From contig NW_025215326.1 of assembly GCF_004010195.1 (NCBI RefSeq), positions 18,659 to 82,658 on the forward strand: a stretch of DNA of 64,000 nt, read 5' to 3'. Source of the stretch: Chiloscyllium plagiosum (Eukaryota). The notes under the pieces were generated by a model. It saw only the letters and a program-made list of their open reading frames with translations, was not told the origin of the DNA and did not search any database. The position numbers were made by a program, and so were the translations under genes. Positions 36,515 through 51,500 of this stretch are shown piece by piece (the first letter of the stretch is position 1; every line of letters starts with the position of its first letter).

Positions 36515-39500
36515 AAGCACCCTTGTCCATGGCTCACCACATGGATCACACCGGGAAGTGAACAGTAAACCAGGACTGACGCACCCCTGTCCATGGATCA
36601 AAACATGGGAAACACCAGGAAGTGAAAATTAGCCCAGCACACACATCTTCCTGTCAATTGATCACCACATGGGGCACACCGGGAAGTGAACAATAACCAA
36701 ACACACAAACACCCCTGTCCATGGATTACCACATGGGGCACACCAGAAAGTGAACAATAACCCAACACACACACACCCCTGTCCATGGATCACCACATGG
36801 GGCACACCGGGAAGTGAACAGTAGCCCAGGACAGGCACACCCCTGTCCATGGATCACCACATGGGACACACCGGGAAGTGAACAGTAGCTCAGCTCACAC
36901 GCACATCCCTCTCCATGGATCACCACATGGGGCACAGCGGAAAGTGAGCAATAGCCCAGCACACACACACCTCCCTGTCCACTGATCACCACATGGGGCA
37001 CACCGGGAAGTGAACAATAATCCAGCACAGACCCCTGTTCATGGATCACCACATGGTGCACACCGGGAAGTGAACAGCAGCCCAGCACACACACCTCTAC
37101 CCATTGATCACAACATGGGGCACACGGGGAAGTGAAAAATAGCCCAGCACAGACACACCACTGTCCATGGATCACCACATGAGACAAACTGGGAAGTGAA
37201 CACCAAACAAAGACACACACCTCTGTCCATGGATCACCACATGGAACACACCGGGAAGTGAACAACAGCCCAACAAACACACACCACTGTCCATGGATCA
37301 CCACATGGGACACACCGGGAAGTGAACAACAGCCCAGCACTCACAGCTCCCTGTCCATGGATCACCACATGGGGCACACCGGGAAGTGAACAATAACCCA
37401 ACACACACACCCCTGTCCATGGATCACCACATGGGGAACAGCGGGAAGTGAACAATAACCCAACACACACACCCCTGTCCATGGATCACCACATGGGGCA
37501 CACCGGGAAGTGAACAATAACCCAACACACACACCCCTGTCCATGGATCAACACATGGGGCACACCGGGAAGTGAGCAATAATCCAGTACACACACCCCT
37601 GTCCATGGATCACCACATGGGGCACACCGGGAAGTGAACAGTAGCCCAGGAAAGACACACTCCTGACCATGGTTCACCACATGGGACACACCGGGAAGTG
37701 AACAATAGCCCAGGACAGACACACCAGTGTCCATGGATCACCACATGGGACACACCGGGAAGTGAGCAATAGCTCAGCACACACACACCTCCCTGTCCAT
37801 GGATCACCACATGGGGCACACCGGGAAGTGAGCAATAGCCCAGCACTCATAGCTCCCTGTCCATGGATCACCACATGGGGCACGCCGGGAAGTGAACAAT
37901 AACCCAACACACACACCCCTGTCCACGGATCAACACATCGGGCACACCGGGAAGTGAGCAATAATCCAGTACACACACCCCTGTCCATGGATCACCACAT
38001 GGGACTCACTGGGAAGTGAACAATAGCCCAGCACACACGCCCCAGTCCTTGGTTCACCACATGGGGCACACAGGGAAGTGAACAGCAGACCACTTCACAC
38101 GCACCACTGTCCATAGATCACCACATGGGACACACCGGGAAGTGAACAGTAGCCCAACACAAACACACACTCCATTGTCCATGGATCACCACATGGGACA
38201 CACCGGGAAGTGAACAACAGCCCAGCATACACATCTCCCGATCCATGGATCACCACATGGAGCACACCGGGAAGTGAACAACAGCCCAACATACACACAC
38301 CACTGTCCATGGATCACCACATGGGGCACACCGGGAAGTGCACAATAACCCAACACACACGCACCTGTCCATGGATCACGACATGGGACACACCGGGAAG
38401 AGAATAGTAGCCCAGCATACACACACATCCCTCTCCATGGATCACCACATGGGGCACAGCGGGAAGTGAACAATAGGCCAGCACACACACACCTCCCTGT
38501 CCATGGATCACCACATGGGGCACACCGGGAAGTGAACAATAATCCAGCACAGACCCCTGTTCATGGATCGCCACATGGGGCACACCGGGAAGTGAACAGC
38601 AGCCCAGCACACAAAACCTACCCATTGATCGCAACATGGGGCACACGGGGAAGTGAAAAACAGCCCAGCACACACACACCACTGTCCATGGATAACCACA
38701 TGGGGTACACCGGGAAGCGAACACCAACCAAAGACACGCACCTCTGTCCATGGATCACCACATGGAACACACCGGGAAGTGAACAACAGCCCAACACGCA
38801 CACACCACTGTCCATGGATCACCACATGAGGCAAACCGGGAAGCGAACACCAACCAAAGACACGCACCTCTGTCCATGGATCACCACATGGAGCACACCG
38901 GGAAGTGAACAACAGCCCAACACACACACACCACTGTCCATGGATCATCACATGGGACACACCGGGAAGTGAACAATAACCCAACACACACAACCCTGTC
39001 CATGGATCAACACATTGGGCACACCGGGAAGTGAGCAATAACCTAGTACACACACCCCTGTCTATGGATCACCACATGGGGCACACAGGGAAATGAACAG
39101 AAGCCCAGGACAGACACACCCCTGTCCATGGCTCACCACATGGGTCACACCGGGAAGTGAACAGTAAACCAGGACAGACACAGCCCTGTCAATGCTTCAC
39201 CACATCGAACACACCGGATAGTGAACATTAGCCCAGCACACACACCTCCCTGTCCATGGATCACCACATGGGCACACCGGGATGTGAACAATAACCCAAC
39301 ACACACACCCCTGTCCATGGATCACCACATGGGGCACACTGGGAAGTGAGCAAGAACCCAATACACACACGCCTGTCTAAGGATCACCACATGGGGCACA
39401 CCGGGAAATGAACAGTAGCCCAGGACAGACACACCCCTGTCCATGGCCCACCACATGGGTCACACCGGGATGTGAACAGTAGCCCAGCACAGACACACCT

Positions 39501-42500
39501 CCCTGTCCATGGATCACCACATCGGGCACACCGGGAAGTGAAAAATAACTCAACATACACACACCCTTGTCCATAGATCACCACATGGGGCACACCGGGA
39601 AGTGAGCAATAACCCCGAACACACACCCCTGTGCATGGAGCACCACTGGGGGCAACCAGGAAGTGAACAATAGCCCAGCACACACACCTCCCTCTTCATG
39701 GATCACCACATGGGGCACATCAGGAAGTGAACAACAGACCAGCAGACACATACCCCTGTCCATAGATCACCACATGGGACACACCGGGAAGTGAACAATA
39801 GCCAGGGACACACACCTCTCTCTTCATGGATCACCACATGGGGCACACCGGGAAGTGAACAGCAGCCCAGCACACACACACACCCCTGTCCATAGATCAC
39901 CACATGGGAAACACCGGGAAGTGAGCAATAACCCAGTACACACCTCCCTGTCCATGGATCACCACATGGGGTACACCGGGAAGTGAGCAATAACCCAGTA
40001 CACACACCCCTCTCCATGGTTCACCACATGGGGCACACCGGAAGTGAACAATAATCCAGCACAGACCCCTGTTCATGGATCACCACATGGGGCACAGCGG
40101 GAAGTGAACAGAAGCCCAGCACACACACCTCTAACCATTGATCACAACATGGGGCACACGGGGAAGTGAAAAACAGCACAGCACACACACACCCCTGTCC
40201 ATGGATCACCACATGGTGAACACCGGGAAGTGGACACTAGCCCAGCACACACACCTCCCTGTCCATGGATCACCACATGGGCACACCGGGAAGTGAACGG
40301 CAGAACACTTCACACGCACCCCTGTCCATAGATCACCACATGGGACACACCGGGAAGAGAACAACAGCCCAACACACACACACAACTGTCCATGGATCAC
40401 CACATGGGGCACACCGGGAAGTGAACAATGCCCAGCACACACATCTCCCTGTCCATGGATCACCACATGGGGCACACCGGGAAGAGAACAATAACCCAAC
40501 ACACACACACCTGTCCATGGATCACCGCATGGGCACACTGGGAAGTGAATACTAACCCAACACACACACACCTGTCCATGGCTCACCACATGGGACACAT
40601 CGGGAAGTGAACAGAAGCCCAGCACACACACACATCCCTCTCCATGGATCACCACATGGGGCACAGCGGGAAGTGAGCAATAGCCCAGCACACACACATC
40701 TCCCTGTCCACTGATCACCACATGGGGCACACCGGGAAGTGAACAACGATCCAGCACAGACCCCTGTTCATGGATCACCACATGGGGCACACCGGGAAGT
40801 GAACAACAGCCCAGCACTCACACCTCTACCCATTGATCACAACATGGGGCACACGGGGAAGTGGAAAATAGCCCAGCACACACACACCACTGTCCATGGA
40901 TCACCACATGAGACAAACCGGGAAGTGAACACCAACCAAAGACACGCACCTCTGTCCATGGATCACCACATGGAACACACCGGGAAGTGAACAACAGACC
41001 AACACACACACACCACTGTCCATGGATCACCACATGAGGCAAACCGGGAAGCGAACACCAACCAAAGACACGAATCTCCGTCCATCGATCACCATTTGGG
41101 ACACACCGGGAAGTGAAGAACAGCCCAACACACACACACCACTGTCCATGGATCACCACATTGGACACAACGGGAAGTCAACAATAGCCCAGCACACACA
41201 CCCCCCTGCCCATGGACCACCACATGGGGCACACCGGGAAGTGAACTGTAGCCCAGGACAGACACACCCCTGTCCATGGATCACCACATGGAACACACCG
41301 GGAAGTGAACATTAGCCCAGCACACACACCTCCCTGTCCATGGATCACCACATGGGGCACACCGGGAGGTGAACAATAACCTCACACACACACCCCTGTC
41401 CATGGATCACCACATGGGACACACCGGGAAGTGAGCAATAACCCAGTACACACACCTGCCTGTCCATGGATCACCACATGGTGCACACTGGGAAGTGAAC
41501 AGTAGACCAGGACAGACACACCCCTGACCATGGCTCACCACATGGGTCACACCAGAAAGTGATCAGTAGCCCAGGACAGACATACCAGTGTCCATGGATC
41601 ACCACATGGGAACACACCCTGAAGTGAGCAATAGCCCAGCACACAAACACCTCCCTGTCCATGGATCACAACATGGGGCACACTGGGAAGTGAGCAATAG
41701 TCCAGCACACACATCTCCCTCTTCATGGATCACCATATGTGGCACACCAGGAAGTGAACAATAGCCCAGCACACATACGCCCCTGTCCATGGATCACCAC
41801 ATGAGGCATACCGGGAAGTGAACAATAGCCCAACACACACACCCCTGTCCATGGATGACCACATGGGGCGCACCGGGAAGTGAACAGCAGACCAGCAGAC
41901 ACACACTCCTGTCCATAGAGCACCACATGGGACACGCCGGGAAGTGAAAAGCAGCCCAGAACACACATACATACCCCTGTTCATAGATCACCACATGGGA
42001 AACACCGGGAAGTGAACAATAGCACAGCAAACACACACTAATATCCATGGATCTCCACATGGGGCACACCGGGTAGGGAACAGCAGCCCAGCACACACAC
42101 GTCCCTGTCCATAGATCAGAACATGGGGCACACCGGGAAGTGAGCAATAATCCAGCACAGACCCCTTTTCATGGATCACGACATGGGGCACAACGGGAAG
42201 TGAGCAGCAGCCCAGCATACACACCTCCCTGTCCATGGATCACCACATGGTGCACACTGGGAAGTGAACAGTAGCCCAGCACACACACACCACTGTCCAT
42301 GGATCACCACATGGGACACACCGGGAAGTGAACAATAGCCCAGCACACACACCACTGTCCATGGATCACAACTTGGATCACACCGGGAAGTGAACGGCAG
42401 ACCAGTTCACACACACCCCTGTCCATAGATCACCACATGGGACACACCGGGAAGTGAACAACAGCCCAACACACACACACCACTGACCATGAATCACCAC

Positions 42501-45500
42501 ATAGGACACACCGGGAAGTGAACAATAACCCAGCACACACATATCACTGTCCATGGATCACCACATGGGGCACACCGGGAAGTGAACAATAACGCAACAC
42601 ACACACCCCTGTCCATGGATCACCACAAGGGGCACACCAGAAAGTGAATAATAACCCAACACACACACCCCTGTCCATGGATCAACACATGGGACACACC
42701 GGGAAGTGAACAATAGACCAGGACACACACCTCTCTCTTCATGGATCACCACATGGGACACACCGGGAAGTGAACAGCAGCCCAGCACACACACACCCCT
42801 GTCCATAGATCACCAAATGGGACACACCGGAAAGTGAACAATAGCCCAGCAAACACACACTAATGTCCATGGATCACCACATGCGGCACACCGGGAATGG
42901 AACAGCAGCCTAGCACACACACGCCCCTGTTCATAGATCACACATGGGACATACCAGGAAGTGAACAATAGCCCAGCACACGCACACTCCTGTCCATGGA
43001 TCACCACATGGGGCACACCGGGAAGTGAGCAGCAGCCCAGCATACACACACTTCTGTCCATGGATCACCAGACGGGACACACCGGGAAGTGAGCAATAGC
43101 CCAGCACACAAGCACACCTCTGTCCATGGATCACCACATGGTTAACACCGGGAAGTGAACAATAGCTCAGCACACACAGCTCCCTGTCCATGAATTACCA
43201 CTTGGGGCACACCGGGTATTGAACAATAACACAGCACACACACCCTGTCCATGGATCACCACATGGGGCACACCTGGAAGTGAACAGTAGCCCAGCACAC
43301 ACACAACACTGTCCATGGATCACCACATGGGCCACACCGGGAAGTGAACAATAGCCCAGCACACACGCCCCAGTCCATGGTTCACCACATGGGGCAAACC
43401 GGGAAGGGAACAACAGCCCAACACAAACACACCCCTGTCCATGGATCACCACACGGGACACACCGGGAAGGAACAATAGCCCAGCACACACATCTCCCTG
43501 TCCATGGATCACCACATGGGGCACACTGGGAAGTGAACAATAACCCAACACAGACACCCCTGTCCATGGATCACCACATGGGGCACACCGGGAAGTGAGC
43601 AATAACCCAGTACACACACCCCTGTCCATTGGTCACCACAGGTGGCACACTGGGAAGTGATCAGTAGCCCAGGACAGACACACCCCTGCCCATGGCTCAC
43701 CACATAGGACACACCGGGAAGTGAGCAATAATCCAGCACAAACCCCTGTCCATGGCTCACCACATGGGACACACCGGGAAGTGAACAGTAGCCAAACACA
43801 CACACACACACACCTCTAAACATTGATCACAACATGGGGCACACGGGGAAGTCAAAAACAGCCCAGCACACACACACCACTGTCCATGGATCACCACATG
43901 GGGCACACCGGAAAGTGAGCAATAACCCAGTACACACACCCATGTCTATGGATCACCACATGGGCACACCGGGAAATGAAGAGGAGCCCAGGACAGACAC
44001 ACCCTTGTCCATGGCTCACCACATGGATCACACCGGGAAGTGAACAGGAAACCAGGACTGACGCACCCCTGTTCATGGATCACAACATGGGACACACCAG
44101 GAAGTGAACATTAGCCCAGCACACACACCTCCCTGTCAATGGATCACCACATGGGGCACAGCGGGAAGTGAACAATAACCCAACACACACACCCCTGTCC
44201 ATGGATCACCACATGGGACACACTGGGAAGTGAGCAATAGACTAGCATACACACACCTCCCTCTCCATGGATCACCACATGGGTCACAGCGGGAAGTGAG
44301 CAATAGCCCAGCACACACAAACCTCCCTGTCCATGGATCACCACATGCGGCACACCGGGAAGTGAACAATGATCCAGCACAGACCCCTGTTCATGGATAA
44401 CCACATGGGGCACACCGGGAAGTGAACCGCAGCCCAGCACACACACCTCTAACCATTGATCACAACATGGGGCACACGAGGAAGTGAAAAACAGCCCAGT
44501 ACACACACACCACTGTCCATGGATCACCACATGGGGCACACCAGGAAGTGAACAATAACCCAACACAAGCACCACTGTCCATGGATCACCACATGAGCAC
44601 ACCGGGAAATGAACAGTAGCCCAGGACAGACACACCCTTGTCCATGGCTCACCACATGGATCACACCAGGAAGTGAACTGTATACCAGGACTAATGCACC
44701 CCTGTCCATGGATCACCACATGGGGCACACCGGGAAGTGAACAATAACCCATCACACACACACCCCTGCCCATGGAACACCACATGGGCACACTGGGGGC
44801 TGAACAATAACCCAACACACACAACCCTGTCCATGGATCACCACATGGGGCACACCGGGAAGTGAGCAATAGACTAGCACACACACACCTCCCTGTCCAT
44901 GGATCACCACATGGGGCACACTGGGAATTTAACAATAATCCAGCACAGACCCCTGTTCATGGATCACCACATGGGGCACACCAGAAAGTGAGCAGCAGTC
45001 CAGCATACACACACCACTGTCCATGGATCAGAGATGGGACACACCGGGAAGTGAGCCATAGCCCAGCACACACACACCCCTGTCCATGGATCACCACATG
45101 GTGAACACCGGGAAGTGGACACTAGCGCAGCACACACACCTCCCTGTCCATGGATTACCAGTTGTGGCACACCGGGAAGTGAACAATAACCCAGCACACA
45201 CACCCCTGTCCTTGGATCACCATATGGGGCACACCGGGAAGTGAACAGTAGCCCAGCACACACACACCACTGTCCATGGATCACCACATGGGGCAAACCG
45301 GGAAGTGAGCAATAAACCAGTACACATACCATTGTCCATGGATCACCACATGGGGCACAAAGGAAGTGAGCAATAACCCAGCACACGCACCCATGTCCAT
45401 GGATCACCACATGGGCACACCGGGAAATGAAGAGGAGCCCAGGACAGACACACCCTTGTCCATGGCTCACCACTTGGATCACACCGGGAAGTGAACAGTA

Positions 45501-48500
45501 AACCAGGACTGACGCACCCCTGTCCATAGATCACCACATGGGACACACCGGGAAGTGAACAACAGCCCAACACACACACACCACTGACCATGAATCACCA
45601 CATAGGACACACCGGGAAGTGAACAATAACCCAACACACACACCCCTGTCCATGGATCAACACATGGGACACACCGGGAAGTGAACANNNNNNNNNNNNN
45701 NNNNNNNNNNNNNNNNNNNNNNNNNNNNNNNNNNNNNNNNNNNNNNNNNNNNNNNNNNNNNNNNNNNNNNNNNNNNNNNNNNNNNNNNNNNNNNNNNNNN
45801 NNNNNNNNNNNNNNNNNNNNNNNNNNNNNNNNNNNNNNNNNNNNNNNNNNNNNNNNNNNNNNNNNNNNNNNNNNNNNNNNNNNNNNNNNNNNNNNNNNNN
45901 NNNNNNNNNNNNNNNNNNNNNNNNNNNNNNNNNNNNNNNNNNNNNNNNNNNNNNNNNNNNNNNNNNNNNNNNNNNNNNNNNNNNNNNNNNNNNNNNNNNN
46001 NNNNNNNNNNNNNNNNNNNNNNNNNNNNNNNNNNNNNNNNACAATAACACAGCACACACACCCTGTCCATGGATCACCACATGGGGCACACCTGGAAGTG
46101 AACAGTAGCCCAGCACACACACACCTCTGTCCATGGATCACCACATGGTGAACACCGGGAAGTGAACAATAGCTCAGCACACACAGCTCCCTGTCCATGA
46201 ATTACCACTTGGGGCACACCGGGTATTGAACAATAACAGAGCACACACACCCTGTCCATGGATCACCACATGGGGCACACCTGGAAGTGAATAGCAGCCC
46301 AGCACACACACAACACTGTCCATGGATCACCACTTGGATCACACCGGGAAGTGAACAGTAAACCAGGACTGACGCACCCCTGTCCATAGATCACCACATG
46401 GGACACACCAGGAAGTGAACTTTAGCCCAGCACACACACCACTAACCATTGATCAGAACATGGGGCACACGGGGAAGTGAAAAACAGCCCAGCACACTCA
46501 CACCACTGTCCATGGATCACCACATGGGGCACACCGGGAAGAGAACAATAACCCAACACACACACACACCCCTGTCCATGGATCACCACATGGGCACACT
46601 GGGAGCTGAACAATAACCCAACACACACACCCCTGTCCATGGACCACCACATGGGGCACACTAGGAAGTGAACATGAGCCCAACACACACACCTCTCTGT
46701 CAATGGATCACCACATGGGGCACACCGGGAAGTGAACAATAACCCAACACACACACCCCTGTCCATAGATCACCAAATGGGACACACCGGGAAGTGACCA
46801 ATAGACTAGCACACACATACCTCCCTCTCCATGGATCACCACATGGGGCACACTGGGAAGTGAACAATAAACCAGCACAGACCCCTGTTCATGGATCACC
46901 ACATGGGGCACACCGGAAAGTGAGCAGCAGTCCAGCATACACACACCACTGTCCATGGATCAGAGATGGGACACACCGGGAAGTGAGCCATAGCCCATCA
47001 CACACACACCCCTGTCCATGGATCACCACATGGTGAACACCGGGAAGTGGACACCAGCGCAGCAAACACACGTCCCTGTCCATGGATTACCAGTTGTGGC
47101 ACACTGGGAAGTGAACAATAACCCAGCACACGCACCCCTGTCCATGGATCACCATATGGGGCACACCGGGAAGTGAACAGTAGCCCAGCACACACACACA
47201 CCACTGTCCATGGATCACCACATGAGGATTACCGGGAAGTGAACAACAGACCAGCAGACACACCCCCCTGTCCATGGATTACCACATGGGGCACACCGGG
47301 AAGTGAACAATAGCCCAGCACACACACTCCCCTGTCCATGGAGCACCACATAGGGCAAACCGGGAAGTGAGCAATAAACCGGTACACATACCATTGTCCA
47401 AGGATCACCACATGGGACACACCGGGAAGTGAACAGTCGCCCAGGACAGACACACCTCTGTCCATGGATCACCACATGGGACACACCGGGAAGTGAACAA
47501 TAGCCCAGCACACAAACCTCCCTGTCTATGGATCACCACATGGGGCACACCGGGAAGTGAACAATAACTGAACGCACACACCCCTGTCCATGTATCACCA
47601 CATGGGGCACACCGGGAAGTGAACAATACGCCAACACACATACACACCCCTGTCCATGGATCACCACATGGGGCACACCGGGAAGTGAGCAATAACCCAG
47701 CATACCGGGAGGTGAACTGTAGCCCAGGACAGACACACCCCTGTCCATGGCTCACCACATGGGACACACCGGGAAGTGAACAGTAGCCCAGACAGGCACA
47801 CGACTGTCCATGGATCAACACATGGGACACACCAGGAAGTGAGCAAAAGCCCAGCACACACTGACCTCCCTGTCCATGGATCACCACATAGGGCAACCAG
47901 GAAGTGAACAATAGCTCAGCACACACACCTCCCTCTTCATGGATCACCACATGGGGCACATCAGGAAGTGAACAATAGCCCTGCACACACACGTCCCTGT
48001 CCATGGATCACCACATGGGGCGCACCGGGAAGTGAACAGCAGTCCAGCAGACACACAGCCCTGTCCATAGTTCACCACTTGGGACACAACGAGAAGTGAA
48101 CAATAATCCAGGACACACACCTCTCTGTTCATGGATCACCACATCGGGCACACCGGGAAGTGAGCAGCAGCCCAGCACACACTCCCCTGTCCATGGATCA
48201 CAACTTGGGGCTCAATGGGAAGTATACAGCCGCCAAATGCACACACCCCTGTCCATGGATCACCACATGGGAAACACTGGGAAGTGAACAATAGCCCAGC
48301 ACACACACACTAATGTTCATGGATCACCACGTGGGTCAACCCGGAAAGGGAACAGCAGCCCAGTACACACACGCCCCTGTCCATAGATCACCACATGGGA
48401 CACACCGGGAAGTGTACAATCGCCCAGCACACACACACCCCTCTCCATGTATCACCACATGGTGAACACCGAGAAGTGAACACAAGCACAGCACACACAC

Positions 48501-51500
48501 CTCCCTGTCCATGGATCACCACTTGGGGCACACCGGGAAGTGAACAGCAGCTCAGCACACACACACCCCTGTCCATTGATCACCACATGGGACACACCGG
48601 GAAGTGAACAGCAGCCCAGCACACACACACCCCTGTCCATGGATCGCCACATGGGGCAAACTGAGAAGTGAACAAAATCCCAGGACACACTCACCCCTGT
48701 CCATGGATCACCACATGGGGCACACCGGGAAGTGAACAAGTGCCCAACACCCACACCACTGTCCATGGATCACCACATGGGGCACACCGGGAAGTGAACA
48801 ATAACACAGAACACACACACCCCTGTCCATGGAACACCACATGGGGTACTGTGAGAAGTGAACAAAACACCAGGACACACTCACCCCTGTCCATGGATCA
48901 CCACATGGGGCACACCGGGAAGTGAACAAGAGCCCAATACACACACCACTGTGCATGGATCACCACATGGGGCACACCGGGAAGTGAACAATAACACAGA
49001 ACACACACACACCCCTGTCCATGGATCACCACATGGGGCACACCGGGAAGTGAACAATAGCCTATCACACACACACCTCCCAGTCCATGGATCACCACAT
49101 GGGGCACACCCGGAAGTGAGCAAGAACCCAGTACACACACCCCTGTCCATGGTTCACCACATGTGGCACACCGGGAAGTGAACAGTAGCCTAGGACAGAC
49201 AAACCCCTTTCCATGGCTCACCACATGGGACACACCGGTAAGTGAGCAATAGCCCAGCACACAAACACCTCCCTGTCCGTGGATCAAAGCATGGAGCACA
49301 CCGGGAAGTGAGCAATAGCCCAGCACACGCACACCTCGCTGTCCATGGATCACCACTTGTTGGCAACCAGGAAGTGAACATTTGCCCAACACACACATCT
49401 CCCTCTTCATGGATCACCATATGGGCCACACCACGAAGTGAACAACAGCCCAGCACATACACCTCCCTCATCATGGATCACCACGTGGGGAACACCGGAA
49501 AGTGAACACGAACTCAGCACACACACACCCCTGTCCTGGGATCACCACTTGGGGCACACCGGGAAGTGAACAAAAACCCAGAACACACAAACCCCTGTCC
49601 ATGGTTCACCACATGGGGTACTCCGGGAAGTGAACAGCAGCCCAGCACACACACACACCCCTGTCCATGGATCACCACATGGGGCACACCGTGAAGTGAA
49701 CAAAATCTCAGGACACGCTCACCCCTGTCCATGGATAACCACATGGGGCACACCGGGAAGTGATCAAGAGCCCAACACACACCTCCCTATCCATGGATCA
49801 CCACATGGGGCACACTGGGAAGTGAACAATAACACAGAACACACACAACCCTGTCCATGGATCTCCACATGGGGCACACTGGGAAGTTAATAATAGCCCA
49901 GCACACACACACCTCCTTGTCCATGGATCACCACATAGGGCACCCCAGGAAGTGAGCAATAGCCCAGCACACACACACAATCCTGTCTAAGGATCACCAT
50001 ATGGGCCACACCAGGAAGTGAACAATAGCCCAGCACGCACACGCCCCTGTCCATGGATCACCACATGTGGCATACAAGGAAGTGAACAATAGCCCAGCAC
50101 ACACACACCTCCCTGTCCATGGATCAACACATGGGGCACACCGGGAAGTGATCAAGAGCCCAACATATACCTCCCTGTCCATGGATCACCACATGGGGCA
50201 CACCGGGAAGTGAACAATACCACAGAACACACACAACCCTGTCCATGGATCTCCACATGGGGCACACTGGGAAGTGAATAATAGCCCAGCACACACACAC
50301 CTCCCTGTCCATGGATCAACACATGGGGCACACCGGGAAGTGATCAAGAGCCCAACACACACCTCCCTATCCATGGATCACCACATGGGGCACACCGGGA
50401 AGTGANNNNNNNNNNNNNNNNNNNNNNNNNNNNNNNNNNNNNNNNNNNNNNNNNNNNNNNNNNNNNNNNNNNNNNNNNNNNNNNNNNNNNNNNNNNNNNN
50501 NNNCAGCACACACACACCCCTGTCCTGGGATCACCACTTGGGGCACACCGGGAAGTGAACAAAAACCCAGAACACACACCGCTGTCCATGGATCACCACA
50601 TGGGGTACTCCGGAAAGTGAACAGCAGCCCAGCACACACACACACCCCTGTCCATGGATCACCACATGGGGCACACCGTGAAGTGAACAAAATCTCAGGA
50701 CACACTCACCCCTGTCCATGGATCACCACATGGGGCACACCGGGAAGTGATCAAGAGCCCAACACACACCTCCCTATCCATGGATCACCACATGGGGCAC
50801 ACCGGGAAGTGAACAATAACACAGAACACACACATCCCTGTCCATGGATCTCCACATGGCGCACACTGGGAAGTGAGCAATAGCCCAGCACACACACACT
50901 CCTGTCCAAGGATCACCACAAGGGGCACACCGGGAAGTGAACAATAGCCCAGCACACACACACCTCCCTGTCCATGGATCAACACATGGGGCACACCGGG
51001 AAGTGATCAAGAGCCCAACACATACCTCCCTGTCCATGGATCACCACATGGGGCACACCGGGAAGTGAACAATAACACAGAACACACACAACCCTGTCCA
51101 TGGATCTCCACATGGCGCACACTGGGAAGTGAATAATAGCCCAGCACACACACACCTCCCTGTCCATGGATCACCACATAGGGCACCCCAGGAAGTGAGC
51201 AATAGCCCAGCACACACACACTCCTGTCCAAGGATCACCATATGGGCCACACCAGGAAGTGAACAATAGCCCAGCACGCACACGCCCCTGTCCATGGATC
51301 ACCACATGTGGCATACAAGGAAGTGAACAGTCGCCCAGGACAAACACACCCCTGTCCATGGATCACCACATGGGACACACCGGGAAGTGAACAATAACCC
51401 AACACACACACACCCCTGTCCATGGATCACCACATGGGGCACACCGGGAAATGAGCAATAAACCAGTGCACACTCCCCTGTCCATGGATCACCACATGGG

